DNA from: Candidatus Thiodubiliella sp.
GTDB taxonomy: Bacteria; Pseudomonadota; Gammaproteobacteria; PS1; Pseudothioglobaceae
DNA: 64,000 bases
Direction: 5' to 3'
NCBI GenBank assembly: GCA_029237605.1
Contig: JAQRGB010000023.1
Coordinates: 87,425 to 151,424, forward strand
The position numbers were made by a program, and so were the translations under genes. Under the pieces are notes generated by a model. That model was not told where the DNA came from and searched no databases. It worked only from the letters and a program-made list of their open reading frames with translations. Shown piece by piece: positions 1 to 10,670 of this stretch (positions are counted from its first letter, which is position 1; every line of letters begins with the position of its first letter).

Positions 1-144
1 TAAAAAATCACCTATTTGCTTAAATGTGGCATCTTTGATAGTTGATTCAGTAACAACCAACAGTCGTGAATCTGTTCTATTTTTTTCTGGTGATTGTGCA
101 ATCAGAGATTTGTGTATATCAAAATCAAAATCACTTAATTTCAT
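1..144 (-). CDS. queA: S-adenosylmethionine:tRNA ribosyltransferase-isomerase QueA, first 48 codons (gene runs off left edge)
   Basis: Minus-strand ATG at 144..142, then MKLSDFDFDIHKSLIAQSPEKNRTDSRLLVVTEST... to the window edge. This resembles the conserved QueA N-terminus (F-x-F-x-x-x-x-x-LIA-x-x-P-x-x-R-x-x-SRLL). Too short for the ORF track. Confidence 0.6.
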   Translation of the reverse strand, partial: MKLSDFDFDIHKSLIAQSPEKNRTDSRLLVVTESTIKDATFKQIGDFL

Positions 145-736
145 TTTTAAAGTATTGAGTATTAAATAATTCTAACACTTGGTAAGTAGCACTAATAATA
201 GCGCGTGGTGTAATCGTAGCGCCAGTAAAAGCATCAAATGCACCGCCATTATGCTTAACCCCCCATTGTTTCTTATTCATGTTAGACAGAGATAATCCTT
301 TGAATTGTTTAATCCAATTTGATTTTTTAGTTTCTATTTTATCGCCCAATCCTGGAGTTTCTTTATGTGTAATAACGCGAACGCCTAAGAGTTTTTTATC
401 ACTTCCAATGCCAGTCAATAGGAGGATATTACCATTATAACCATTTGGATAAACATGTTCAATTAAGTAAGCAAAAATATGATTATTCTTCTTAGCAAGG
501 TAAACACTAAGTGTTTGTTTAATGTTATGCAGGTCAGTTTCTATTAAAATTTTATCTTGTAAAATATTATTATCATAACCCTGGACCAACTCACCAAGAC
601 GCTTAATCAATAATTGCTCTTCATTATATTTAATACGTTCTTTAGTAGAGTATTGCACAAGAGAAACAAGGAATACACTTATAAAAGTAAAAATTAATAA
701 TAAAAATCCTGCTATGAATATGGGTTTCTTATTCAT
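131..736 (-). CDS. rnfG: Rnf electron-transport complex subunit G
   Basis: 201-aa ORF with an N-terminal TM helix and C-terminal FMN-attachment type motif FDAFTGATITPRA. 4-nt overlap with rnfD. Confidence 0.85.
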   Translation of the reverse strand: MNKKPIFIAGFLLLIFTFISVFLVSLVQYSTKERIKYNEEQLLIKRLGELVQGYDNNILQDKILIETDLHNIKQTLSVYLAKKNNHIFAYLIEHVYPNGYNGNILLLTGIGSDKKLLGVRVITHKETPGLGDKIETKKSNWIKQFKGLSLSNMNKKQWGVKHNGGAFDAFTGATITPRAIISATYQVLELFNTQYFKNEIK

Positions 737-1713
737 TTGCCAAATACCTTAGGCTGTGTGTAGTAATCAATCAATGGTACAGTAATATTTACCAAAAGAA
801 TAGCGAAAGCAATGCCATCTGGATAGCCACCAAAAGTACGAATAACCACAATTAATATACCAATAAGAAAACCATAAATCAACCGCCCTTTAGGTGTGGT
901 GCTAGCAGAAACTGGATCGGTAGCAATAAAAAATACACCTAACATTGTACCACCTAACATTAGATGATTTTGCACAGGTAGATAATTCTCGCTATCAACC
1001 ATTGATAATAAAAATGCAGTTAATATAATACCAGATAAAAAAGCTGTTGGAATTTGCCAAAAAATAACACGCCTAGCAAGTAGATATAATCCGCCCAATA
1101 AGAATCCTATATTAACCCATGATTGAGCAACAGAATATGCGTTTAATTCACTCATTATCTTGCCTAATGCTAGTTGATTTTTTACATCATCTAATCGTGT
1201 TGCGCCACTAAGTGCATCTATCATAGGGTTATGGTTAATATTAAAAATCACATCAAATGCTTGACCAAAATTGACAAACTCAATTGCCCAAGTACTCATC
1301 TGCAATGGATAAGAAATTAGCAAAAAGGCATAGCCTAACATTGCTGGATTAAAAGGATTACTACCTAAACCACCATACAACTGCTTGCCAAAAATAATTG
1401 CAAAACTTACGCCAATGACCACTATCCACCAAGGTGCGATACTAGGAATAGAAATTGCCAACAAGATACCTGTTAAAGCAGCAGAGCCATCAGAAATAGC
1501 ATGTTTGATTGGTAGTTTTCTGATTTTTAAAAAAACTGATTCTACTACAATTGCCACTATCATTGCCAATATAATTTGCATAATAATGCCCCAGCCTAAG
1601 AAAAAATAAGTTGCACCAATGCCTAGTATAAGTGCATAAATAACTTGGCGCATCATTTGAGAGGTTGAGTCAAACATTTTAATCATTTTTTTATCCTTTT
1701 TTAGATCTTTCAA
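733..1713 (-). CDS. rnfD: Rnf electron-transport complex subunit D
   Basis: Polytopic membrane ORF with RnfD/NqrB motifs GSNPFNPAM, DALSGATRLD and FIATDPVSASTT. Confidence 0.9.
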   Translation of the reverse strand: MKDLKKDKKMIKMFDSTSQMMRQVIYALILGIGATYFFLGWGIIMQIILAMIVAIVVESVFLKIRKLPIKHAISDGSAALTGILLAISIPSIAPWWIVVIGVSFAIIFGKQLYGGLGSNPFNPAMLGYAFLLISYPLQMSTWAIEFVNFGQAFDVIFNINHNPMIDALSGATRLDDVKNQLALGKIMSELNAYSVAQSWVNIGFLLGGLYLLARRVIFWQIPTAFLSGIILTAFLLSMVDSENYLPVQNHLMLGGTMLGVFFIATDPVSASTTPKGRLIYGFLIGILIVVIRTFGGYPDGIAFAILLVNITVPLIDYYTQPKVFGK

Positions 1714-3184
1714 CCCTTACTATTGCTTGCAATATTTTGTCTTTTTGAGCTTTATCTTCTGCCATTTTATTTTTTAATTCTTCTTTCTTTTTTGCCATCA
1801 TATCGGTACGCTCTGTCTTATTTCGCTCTATTCTATACTCTTTAAATTCAAATCTCTCTCTAGCCATATCTGTTTTTTGTCGTTCTATTGTCTGTTTACT
1901 ATGTAATGCCTTGGCAAACGAAAAATACTTAACCAATGGAATATGACTAGGACAAACTACATCACAACAACGACACTCGAAGCAATCTTTTAAATTATAG
2001 TCCATCGCCCTATCTATATTCTCACTCTTTGCATACCAAAAAAGCTGTTGTGGTAATAATCCTACTGGACAAACTTTATTACACTGCCCACAGCGAATGC
2101 AAGATTGTACGCTTGATTTTGGCTTAATATTATTAACAAAAATACAATTAGTAATTTTACAAATTGGGTATTGTACGCTTGGCACGTCAACACCCATCAT
2201 CATGCCACCAATTCTAATATTATGTGGATTGCTATTTGGCTTAGATTGCATCACAACCGATGCAAATGATGTGCCTAGTCTTACCTCATAATTTCTCGGC
2301 TCTTTCACAGCAGATCCAGTAACTGTCACAATACGTGAAACCAAAGGTTTGTTATAAATAACTGCATCATAAATTGCCTTAACTGTGGCAACATTTTGAC
2401 ATAGCACTCCATGATCTGATGCAAATTCTCCTGAGGGTATTTCAATACCGAGCAATATCTTAATTAATATTTTTTCCGCACCAGAGGTATACTTTACTGG
2501 AATTTGAACAATACTAATATTATCATTATGATTAGACATTAATAATGATTGATACGCCTCTTGTTTATCATCTTCAATGGCAATAATGCTGTTATATGAA
2601 CCACATGCATACATCAACACCTCAGTTCCGCGAATAATATCACTAGAGTATTCTTGCATTAAAGAATCGTCACACATAATGCCTGGTTCACATTCAGTAG
2701 CATTCACAATTAAAGTATTCACATCTTGTACATTAGATATTTTTGTATATGTTGGAAACCCTGCACCGCCCATTCCAATAACACCTGCTTCATGAATTTT
2801 TTGAATAACTTCGTCAGGTGTATAATTTTTAAAATCTTGGTCATATTTTCCAATCTCAATCCATTTATCCTTGCCATCAGAATCAATCACAATACATATT
2901 CCATTGATACCAGATGGGTGTGGAATTAAGCGTTTTTCAATAGCCGAAACTACGCCTGAAATAGAGGCATGAATATTTGCTGAATACCTACCAAGTGTTT
3001 TTGCAATTACTTGCCCAGTTAGTACCTTATCGCCTATTTGTACGCAAGGAGTTGCCTCTCCGCCAACTTTTTGTTGCAAAAGTAATACTGCCTGCTCTGG
3101 CGGAGGAACTTGTTTAACTACTAGTTTTTCTGCTAAATGTGGACTATTAATATGTATTCCACCTTTAAAAGTATAATTAACCAT
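1691..3184 (-). CDS. rnfC: Rnf electron-transport complex subunit C
   Basis: 497 aa with GMGGAGFPT, two 4Fe-4S motifs (CIRCGQCNKVCP, CFECRCCDVVCP) and a Lys/Glu-rich C-terminal tail. Confidence 0.9.
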   Translation of the reverse strand: MVNYTFKGGIHINSPHLAEKLVVKQVPPPEQAVLLLQQKVGGEATPCVQIGDKVLTGQVIAKTLGRYSANIHASISGVVSAIEKRLIPHPSGINGICIVIDSDGKDKWIEIGKYDQDFKNYTPDEVIQKIHEAGVIGMGGAGFPTYTKISNVQDVNTLIVNATECEPGIMCDDSLMQEYSSDIIRGTEVLMYACGSYNSIIAIEDDKQEAYQSLLMSNHNDNISIVQIPVKYTSGAEKILIKILLGIEIPSGEFASDHGVLCQNVATVKAIYDAVIYNKPLVSRIVTVTGSAVKEPRNYEVRLGTSFASVVMQSKPNSNPHNIRIGGMMMGVDVPSVQYPICKITNCIFVNNIKPKSSVQSCIRCGQCNKVCPVGLLPQQLFWYAKSENIDRAMDYNLKDCFECRCCDVVCPSHIPLVKYFSFAKALHSKQTIERQKTDMARERFEFKEYRIERNKTERTDMMAKKKEELKNKMAEDKAQKDKILQAIVRVERSKKG

Positions 3185-3740
3185 GCATTATCTTCTCTAA
3201 ATCTGGAATATAATTATCCAAAGTTATATTTATCTCCTTGATATAAATACAGTTCACAGGGCATGCTGGGATACACAAATCACACCCAGTACATTCATCT
3301 CTAATAACCGTTGTCATTACCTTAGGGGCACCAACAAAAGCATCCACTGGACAGGCCTGAATACACAAAGTGCAGCCAATACAAAATTGCTCATCAACAA
3401 GTCGGATCGTAGCCATGTCGTTCTGTGAGCCAAGGAGTTGACTCTCTCCAAACTCCTTATTAAGTGGCAATGTTTCCACATTTAGTATCTGCGCCAAAGC
3501 ATCTATGCCATCTTGCCCACCAGGTGGGCATTGATTAATTTGCGCCTCACCTTTAGTGATTGCTATCGCATAAGAGCGACACCCTGTAAAATCACACTGC
3601 CCGCATTGTGTTTGTGGCAAAATAGCATCAATTTGGTCAACTAATGGATTGCCATTAACTTTAAATTTAATCGCCACATAGCCTAAAATTAAACCCAATG
3701 CTGAGGCCAATACAGAAAAAATAATAGCAGGAATAAGCAT
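3177..3740 (-). CDS. rnfB: Rnf electron-transport complex subunit B (contains adapter-derived codons)
   Basis: N-terminal TM helix, CGQCDFTGC cluster and two ferredoxin-type CxxCxxCxxxCP motifs. The residues [15 protein letters not shown] are translated from adapter block 3399..3447. Confidence 0.85.
   Translation of the reverse strand: MLIPAIIFSVLASALGLILGYVAIKFKVNGNPLVDQIDAILPQTQCGQCDFTGCRSYAIAITKGEAQINQCPPGGQDGIDALAQILNVETLPLNKEFGESQLLGSQNDMATIRLVDEQFCIGCTLCIQACPVDAFVGAPKVMTTVIRDECTGCDLCIPACPVNCIYIKEINITLDNYIPDLEKIMHG
3399..3447 (+). other. MGI/BGI DNBSEQ adapter (42-nt read-2 adapter plus 7 nt of index), assembly contaminant
   Basis: Exact AAGTCGGATCGTAGCCATGTCGTTCTGTGAGCCAAGGAGTTG followed by ACTCTCT, which is the reverse complement of the end of the index seen at 57976..57985. 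Confidence 0.92.
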
Positions 3741-4324
3741 TAAGCCAATCCACTAAAACCCATAAATGCCATTGACATTAGCCCTGCAGTAATAAGTGCA
3801 ATTGGCACACCTTGAAAAGCTAAAGGCACATTTGCACTGTCAATGCGCTCACGAATTGTTGAAAACAACACTAACACAAAGGAAAAACCAATTGCCGCAC
3901 CAAAACCATATACTATTGAGTCCAAAAATCCATTATTTTGATTAACATTCAGTAAAGCAACGCCTAGCACTGCACAATTTGTCGTAATCAATGGCAAGAA
4001 TACACCTAAAGACTGATGCAAAACAGGGGAAGTTTTATTCACAATTAATTCTGTAAAACCAACCACACCTGCAATAGTCACAATAAATGCAATAGTACGT
4101 AAGTATTCCATATCAAGTGGAGTCAAGATATAAGTATTAATCAAATAACTGCTTACACTCGCTAAAGTCAATACAAAGGTAGTGGCGAAACCCATACCAA
4201 TTGCAGTCTCAACTTTCTTTGACACTCCCATAAATGGACACAAACCCAAGAACTTTACTAAGACAAAATTGTTCACCAAAATAGTGCTAACAAGAATTAT
4301 AATGGCTACGATCCGACTTTTCAT
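3740..4324 (-). CDS. rnfA: Rnf electron-transport complex subunit A (5' end overwritten by adapter)
   Basis: Polytopic membrane ORF with conserved [21 protein letters not shown]. The first codons (MKSRIVA) come from the adapter fragment, so the true start is uncertain. Confidence 0.85.
   Translation of the reverse strand: MKSRIVAIIILVSTILVNNFVLVKFLGLCPFMGVSKKVETAIGMGFATTFVLTLASVSSYLINTYILTPLDMEYLRTIAFIVTIAGVVGFTELIVNKTSPVLHQSLGVFLPLITTNCAVLGVALLNVNQNNGFLDSIVYGFGAAIGFSFVLVLFSTIRERIDSANVPLAFQGVPIALITAGLMSMAFMGFSGLA
4302..4319 (-). other. MGI/BGI adapter fragment (first 18 nt of read-2 adapter, reverse complement)
   Basis: ATGGCTACGATCCGACTT is the reverse complement of AAGTCGGATCGTAGCCAT. The insert-proximal end is retained. 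Confidence 0.8.
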
Positions 4325-4335
4325 AAATAGTGATT

Positions 4336-5073
4336 TTAACTTAAAAATAACCTCAAAAGCCCAAACGAACTAATTAATAATAATGCTAAGCCAATCCACT
4401 TTTTAAACTGTTGATCGTTCACAATAATTTTATTATGTAATTTAAGGCCTACCATATGTCCAATCGCCGCCACAGGAATTAACAATATAGATAATTGCCA
4501 ATCAATCATCACGTCCATTGCTACAAAAGTCAACATTTTTATACTCACTAATATAAACCACAATACAAATAAAGTATTACGTAGATATTGTCTCACAACA
4601 TGGCGCATAAATACCGTAACTATAAGTGGCGCACCAGTAAGTGAAATACCTGCTACATAACCACCAATAATCAATAATAATTTATCCACCCAAGGACTAT
4701 GTGAAGTAATTTTTTGATTAAAAATCCAAATAATTGCATAAAAAATTGTAACTGAATAAACAAATACAATCATCACTATATCAGATAATTCAATCAAACC
4801 AAATACCCCAACTAAAGTCGGTGGAATAATCCACATCAACGCACCTTTTAAATATCTCCAATCAACTTCTCTAATTGACTTTGATAAACTAAGTGATGAA
4901 AATAACAACAAATGAATGCCGATAACTGGTAACCAATAAACAGGTGACTCCCCAACTAATAACATCAACGGCAAGCCCAACGCTGCGCCACCAAACCCAA
5001 GGCCTGTGCGCACAAATCCTGTCCACATAAATATCAGCGAGATCATTAATAAATCAAAGTTTGAGAAATCCAC
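4336..5073 (-). CDS. TauE/SafE (DUF81) family anion exporter-like membrane protein
   Basis: 245 aa, multi-TM, with Gly-rich [12 protein letters not shown] motif near the N-terminus, typical of the family. Confidence 0.65.
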   Translation of the reverse strand: MDFSNFDLLMISLIFMWTGFVRTGLGFGGAALGLPLMLLVGESPVYWLPVIGIHLLLFSSLSLSKSIREVDWRYLKGALMWIIPPTLVGVFGLIELSDIVMIVFVYSVTIFYAIIWIFNQKITSHSPWVDKLLLIIGGYVAGISLTGAPLIVTVFMRHVVRQYLRNTLFVLWFILVSIKMLTFVAMDVMIDWQLSILLIPVAAIGHMVGLKLHNKIIVNDQQFKKWIGLALLLISSFGLLRLFLS

Positions 5074-5353
5074 TACAAAATGACCAATTGGCTTTGCTTT
5101 AATCCTTGCATTGATTGAATAATTGATTTATTTTCTACCACCATGCCTATTTAATTTTAAATTATGTGAATAACTTTTTCCACCTAAATATTAAGTAAAA
5201 ATCTAAATTCTATCTTAAAAATAGATATAATATTATTGTTTTTATAGTATTTATGTTTAATACTATATTAAGCGATGTAATACTTTATACCAATAACTAG
5301 ATATTAGACTTTATTTTTCTATTTTTTAGAATAGAATATTTTAAATAAATAAC

Positions 5354-5716
5354 ATGAAAAAATATATAGTTAGTTTTATATCAATATTATCTCTTATGGT
5401 ATTAGCAGATTTTGACATTCTATATGTTCCAACAGACATAAAAGCAAAATACACTGTCATTCAAAATAAAAGGGTTGGAGATTTAGCCATACTACAAACC
5501 ATAAGAAAAAGTCCCTATGGGGTCTCATTTTCCACAAGATTATTTAACTGTAGCAAAGCTACATTTAAGTATTTAGTAGATGTAGAAGGTGAAAAAAATA
5601 TAAATATTTTCTTAGAAAGAAACAATAAAGCAATGGAATCTTTAAATGAATATAATATGACTACTTTAGTACGTGAGTCAATATCATATTATGTTTATAA
5701 ATATGCGTGTAAGTAA
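5354..5716 (+). CDS. hypothetical protein with signal-like N-terminus
   Basis: 120-aa ORF with a hydrophobic N-terminal segment in an AT-rich intergenic context. No recognisable family. Confidence 0.35.
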   Translation: MKKYIVSFISILSLMVLADFDILYVPTDIKAKYTVIQNKRVGDLAILQTIRKSPYGVSFSTRLFNCSKATFKYLVDVEGEKNINIFLERNNKAMESLNEYNMTTLVRESISYYVYKYACK

Positions 5717-5998
5717 ATAGTCACCTAGATAACTATTTATGCATCAGGTATTTTTAAGCATTAGATACTATAAAAACATAAAACAATAATTATTTTAATA
5801 TCAGCACATATTTACTAATGAATGAGATAAAAATACAAGAAAATAAAGTTAAAATTATCGATATAAAAATACCACTCATGTTCATGGTGGTATTAATGGT
5901 AAAAATTATTATCGCTTTAATGATACCAGGATTAATAATGCTAATTATTCTAATCTCACTCTAGTCTTTAGAATTGCTAGTGAGATTTAAGATTTATG

Positions 5999-7328
5999 TT
6001 AACGCAATACATTAGCTAGTTTTTCTGCACTTTGTTGAGCGACTTGAATATCTTCTGCTTCTACCATTACCCGAATTACTGGTTCTGTACCTGAGGCACG
6101 AATTAATGTCCTGCCTGCTTCACCTAGAAATTTTTCTACTTCAAGTTGTGTTTTTTGCAAGACTTGATGTTGTGACAATTCAACATTTTTTTTAGCCTTA
6201 ACATTGATTAATACCTGCGAGTATTTTTTCACCTCAGACTTTAATTCATTTAATGTCTTACCACTTTTAACAAGCACTTCCAATACTTGCAAGGCAGCAA
6301 TAATACCGTCACCTGAAGTGTTTTGATCAAGGCAAATAATATGTCCTGAACCTTCTCCGCCTAAAATAGCGTTATTTTTTTTCATTTGCTTTATAATAAA
6401 TCTATCGCCCACATCAGCTTCAATAAAATTAATACCTAAATTTTTATACCCATGACGCACGCCAAGATTTGTCATTTTAGTACCTACTACTGTGTTATTT
6501 TTGAGTCTATTTTGTGCTTGCCATGCTTTGGCAATAACAAACACTAAATCGTCACCATCAATCAATTCTCCCTTACTATCCACCATCATTAAACGGTCAC
6601 CATCACCATCAAAAGCAATACCTAAATCAGCTTGATTCTCAAGCACAGTTCGTCGTAGACTGTGAGTATTAGTAGCGCCGCAATCAAGATTGATATTAAA
6701 GCCATCAGGATGATTATGTAAAGTCGGAGGCCAAGCGGTCTTAGGAAGACAAGACCATCTTTTGCAATATGATAAGTAGCACCATTCGCACAATCAATCA
6801 CAATATCGAGGCTAGATAAATCAATATTTTTATCAAGTGTATGCTTGCAAAAATCAATATAACGACCTAAAGATTGCTTGTGGCGAATAGCTTTACCAAT
6901 GTTCTCACTGGTAACGCTAACCATAGTCTCTCTTAAGCGCCTTTCAATATCTCTTTGGTCTTGTTCGTTAAATTTAAAACCCTTATTAGAAAAAAACTTA
7001 ACCCCATTGTCTTGGAAATGATTGTGCGATGCGCTAATAACTACACCAGCTGTAGCTCCATAAGTTTGTGTGAGATATGCAATAGCAGGAGTTGGCATTG
7101 GACCCAATAAACCAACATCTACGCCAGCAGATAGAAAGCCTGCTTCAAGCGCAGATTCAAATAAATACCCTGAAATACGAGTGTCTTTACCAATAATAAC
7201 GCTGGAATTTTTATTTTTTGTGCCAAAATAGAGCCAACTGACCAACCTAATTTCAAAAAGAAATCTGCTGTGATTGGCTCTATGCCTACCTTACCTCGTA
7301 TCCCATCTGTTCCAAAATAATTACTCAA
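5999..7328 (-). CDS. glmM: phosphoglucosamine mutase GlmM (frame broken by one adapter block and one 1-nt homopolymer indel)
   Basis: ORF pieces 7119..7328, 6622..7245 and 5999..6793 join into a full-length GlmM with [26 protein letters not shown] and GGEGSGH. TTG start overlaps the folP stop. Confidence 0.88.
6721..6752 (+). other. MGI/BGI DNBSEQ adapter (full 32-nt read-1 adapter), assembly contaminant
   Basis: Exact AAGTCGGAGGCCAAGCGGTCTTAGGAAGACAA. It replaces about 30 nt of glmM between YHIAK and [10 protein letters not shown]. Confidence 0.92.
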
Positions 7329-8113
7329 TTCACACTCCCTAAAACCATTAACGCATCTTTAGTTTCTCTCACATCATGTACGCGTACGATATCTGCACCA
7401 TTTTGAACAGCTATTATAGCCCCCACAACACTACCTGTCACCCTTTCATTTACATCCCTATCATTAAGCATTTGCCCAATCATAGTTTTACGTGATATCC
7501 CTGCTAACAATGGTAAGCCAAAACTTTTAAATTCATCGAAACGACGCAGAATTTCTAAATTATGCTCATAAGTCTTACCAAAACCAAAACCTGGGTCTAA
7601 GATAAGTTTGCTCTCGTTGATGCCTGTACTAATACATGCTTCTATTTTATCTGCAAAAAAGTGCTTAATATTTTCTATAATATCACTATACATAGGATTG
7701 GATTGCATATTTTTTGGCACGCCTTGCATATGTACCAAACATACATCAACGCACAACTCACTCGCTACTTCTAACGCACCATTTACACTCAAAGCACAAA
7801 CATCATTAATCATACTAGCACCTGATTTAATAGCTTGTATCATTACCTCTGGCTTTGAAGTATCGATTGATATTGGTATATCGGTAATTTTAGCAAGTAT
7901 CTCAATCACAGGGATAATGCGCTTCAGTTCATCTTTAAGAGAAACTCTATCAGCATATGGACGCGTAGACTCACCACCAATATCAATAATGTCAACACCT
8001 TGTGCAATCATATATTGTGCACTATGAACTGCATCAGAAATATCAAAACACTGACCGCCATCAGAAAATGAATCAGGCGTTACATTTAATACGCCCATAA
8101 TTTTTGCAGTCAT
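7325..8113 (-). CDS. folP: dihydropteroate synthase
   Basis: 262 aa with [14 protein letters not shown] and DIGGESTRP. Conserved folP-glmM adjacency downstream of ftsH. Confidence 0.9.
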   Translation of the reverse strand: MTAKIMGVLNVTPDSFSDGGQCFDISDAVHSAQYMIAQGVDIIDIGGESTRPYADRVSLKDELKRIIPVIEILAKITDIPISIDTSKPEVMIQAIKSGASMINDVCALSVNGALEVASELCVDVCLVHMQGVPKNMQSNPMYSDIIENIKHFFADKIEACISTGINESKLILDPGFGFGKTYEHNLEILRRFDEFKSFGLPLLAGISRKTMIGQMLNDRDVNERVTGSVVGAIIAVQNGADIVRVHDVRETKDALMVLGSVN

Positions 8114-8137
8114 AATAGCAAAGGCAAGATGTCCTAT

Positions 8138-10074
8138 TTAGGCTATTTGTTCTTTGTCACCGACACTTAATGGCTTTTTATTAGAACAGTCGTCTATATC
8201 TTTTGATACATCAACTACGCCTTTTCCTAGCTCAGTAGAAGTAACATCAGAGTCAATAATAGCTGCTGCTTCACGCATTGGCTTTCTTTCCATTAAATCG
8301 TCAATTTGGTCCTTATCAATAGTTTCGAACTCTATCAATGCCTTTGCCATTGTATGTAGGATATCAATATTTTCTTGTAATATTTTTTCTGCAACTACAT
8401 AATTATTATCAATAATTTGACGAATTTCAATATCAATCTTTTTGAAAGTTTCTTCTGAAATATGCTTATGTTTAGTAACTCTCTTACAACTCCTTGGCTC
8501 ACAGAACGACATGGCTACGATCCGACTTCGCCAAAGGACCTAAGGTGTCTGACATGCCCCATTGTTTAACCATTTTATGTGCAATTTCAGTGGCGCGTTC
8601 AATGTCGTTACTAGCTCCTGTAGTTACCGCATCGTCACCATAAATCAAGCTCTCGGAAATACGTCCCCCAAATAATGATGATATTTGAGAGTTTAGCTTG
8701 AGTTTAGATATGCTATAATTATCCTTTTCTGGTAAAAACATTGTCACACCTAACGCACGACCTCTTGGGATAATGCTAACCTTATAAACAGGATCATGCT
8801 TTGGCACTAACCGGCCAACAATCGCATGTCCTGCCTCATGGTAAGCCGTCATTTCTTTTTCAGCGTCATCCATAACCATGCTTTTTCGTTCAGACCCCAT
8901 CATAATTTTATCTTTAGCTTTTTCAAACTCTTGCATGCCAACTAATTTTTTATTTTTACCTGCAGTAATCAATGCAGCCTCATTGCACAAGTTTGCTAAA
9001 TCTGCACCTGAAAACCCTGGTGTGCCCTTAGCGATATTAATAGATTTAACATTTTTTGCAATCGGTAATTTTTGCATATGCACTTTTAAAATTGCGTCTC
9101 TGCCATTAATATCTGGTAAGCCAACCATGACCTGACGATCAAATCTCCCAAGTCGGATCGTAGCCATGTCGTTCTGTGAGCCAAGGAGTTGTTATCAGGT
9201 ATAACAATAACACCCTCAGAGCCCTCAAAACCATCCATTTCAACCAACATTTGATTCAACGTTTGTTCACGTTCATCATGACCGCCGCCCATGCCAGCGC
9301 CACGCTGACGACCAACCGCATCAATCTCATCAATAAAAATAATACAAGGTGCATTTTTTTAGCTTGTTCAAACATATCTCGTACACGAGATGCTCCAACG
9401 CCAACAAACATTTCAACAAAATCAGATCCAGAAATGAAAAAGAATGGCACTTGTGCCTCTCCTGCAATGGCTTTTGCCAATAGTGTTTTACCTGTACCTG
9501 GCGGTCCAACTAAAAGCACTCCTTTAGGAATTTTTCCACCAACTTTGGTAAATTTACCAGGGTCAGATAAGAAATCAACTAGTTCTGACACATCTTCTTT
9601 AGCTTCCTCCACTCCAGCTACATCTTTAAAAGTAATATTAGACTCATCCTTACTAATCAATCTTGCTTTAGACTTACCAAAACTCATTGGATTTTTACCA
9701 CCCATACCGCCAGCACCCTTCATAGTATAAAGAATTACACCGATCAATAATAAAATTGGCGCCACTGAAATAACTAACTGCTTAAAAAATCCATCTTTTT
9801 CAGGTGGTTTAGCAACTACATCCACGCCGTTGTTTAACAAATCACCCATCAACCCTAAGTCTCTAGCACTATAAGTGCTAAATTGTTCACCGCCTGCACC
9901 AACACCAGTGATATTATTGCCTGAAATAGTAACACTAGAAACATCACCCTGCTTAACGTTTTGGATAAATTGAGAATAAGTAATCTTATTTTTATCATCG
10001 CCCATTTCAAACTGGTTAAAAAGTGAGGTTAAAGAAATACCTAGAACCAACCAAAATAATAAATTTTTAAACAT
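8138..10074 (-). CDS. ftsH: ATP-dependent zinc metalloprotease FtsH (frame broken by two adapter blocks and one 1-nt homopolymer indel)
   Basis: Pieces 9256..10074, 9086..9292, 8499..9167 and 8138..8512 join to about 645 aa. Features: N-terminal TM helices, Walker [28 protein letters not shown] zinc site. Confidence 0.9.
8487..8528 (-). other. MGI/BGI DNBSEQ adapter (full 42-nt read-2 adapter, reverse complement)
   Basis: Exact CAACTCCTTGGCTCACAGAACGACATGGCTACGATCCGACTT. It sits where about 16 conserved FtsH residues (between LGPL and KHISEET) are missing. Confidence 0.92.
9150..9191 (+). other. MGI/BGI DNBSEQ adapter (full 42-nt read-2 adapter)
   Basis: Exact 42-nt match. It replaces the conserved AATNRPDVLDPALLRP-type segment of FtsH between GVIVI and GRFDRQ. 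Confidence 0.92.
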
Positions 10075-10220
10075 AATATAAAATTAATAAAAATAAAAAT
10101 AAAAATATTCTAACATATATATTTTATATAGAGATAATATAGTAGTTTTTCAAGGAAAATTAACAAAAAAATATAAATTCTGTCATAATCAACATTTCAA
10201 CTAATTCGATAAACAAAATT

Positions 10221-10670
10221 ATGTTAAAAATCAACTTACTTTCTATTATCCTTATTTTTAGTTTATTAAGTGCTTGTAATTTTCACATATCTGAAAATAG
10301 TGCTCCAATCAATGTATCGGTGATGGGTAATACAAATAGCATATTTGTCACTGAACTTAAAAAACATCTTAGTGTAAATACAAAATCATCTTTACATATT
10401 GAAATTGGCAATGAAGTGCAAAGAAACCAAACTATTGCTTATAGAAAAGACGGCGGTTCAAGCAGTTACATGCTAACACTTAATGTGCCAATCAAAATAT
10501 TGCGCGGTCAAAAAATATTATTATTAAAAAACTTAACAGCTAGTACAACCATTAAAGAAATGACATTATCGCAAGCCGATACATTACAAATTAAGTACAG
10601 TTTTTCTCAACTTCGAAAAACTGTTATTACAAAGTTAATGAGAATATTAACGCGTCTAAATGCGAATTAG
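10221..10670 (+). CDS. lptE: LPS-assembly lipoprotein LptE (RlpB)-like
   Basis: 149 aa with a lipoprotein signal and lipobox LLSAC. Lies immediately upstream of and overlapping holA, as in the conserved lptE-holA arrangement. Sequence signal itself is weak. Confidence 0.55.
   Translation: MLKINLLSIILIFSLLSACNFHISENSAPINVSVMGNTNSIFVTELKKHLSVNTKSSLHIEIGNEVQRNQTIAYRKDGGSSSYMLTLNVPIKILRGQKILLLKNLTASTTIKEMTLSQADTLQIKYSFSQLRKTVITKLMRILTRLNAN

Noticed and set aside
5818-5964. 48-codon ORF (MNEIKIQENKVKIIDIKIPLMFMVVLMVKIIIALMIPGLIMLIILISL) that could be a small membrane protein.
   Set aside because: There is only a hydrophobic tail to support it, it is below the ORF-track threshold, and conservation cannot be assessed from the sequence alone.
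7214-9360. Programmed ribosomal frameshifting in ftsH or glmM.
   Set aside because: There is no slippery heptamer or downstream structure, and these genes have no known recoding. The same minus-1 homopolymer pattern occurs in unrelated genes. Sequencing error, or at most transcriptional slippage, is the simpler explanation.
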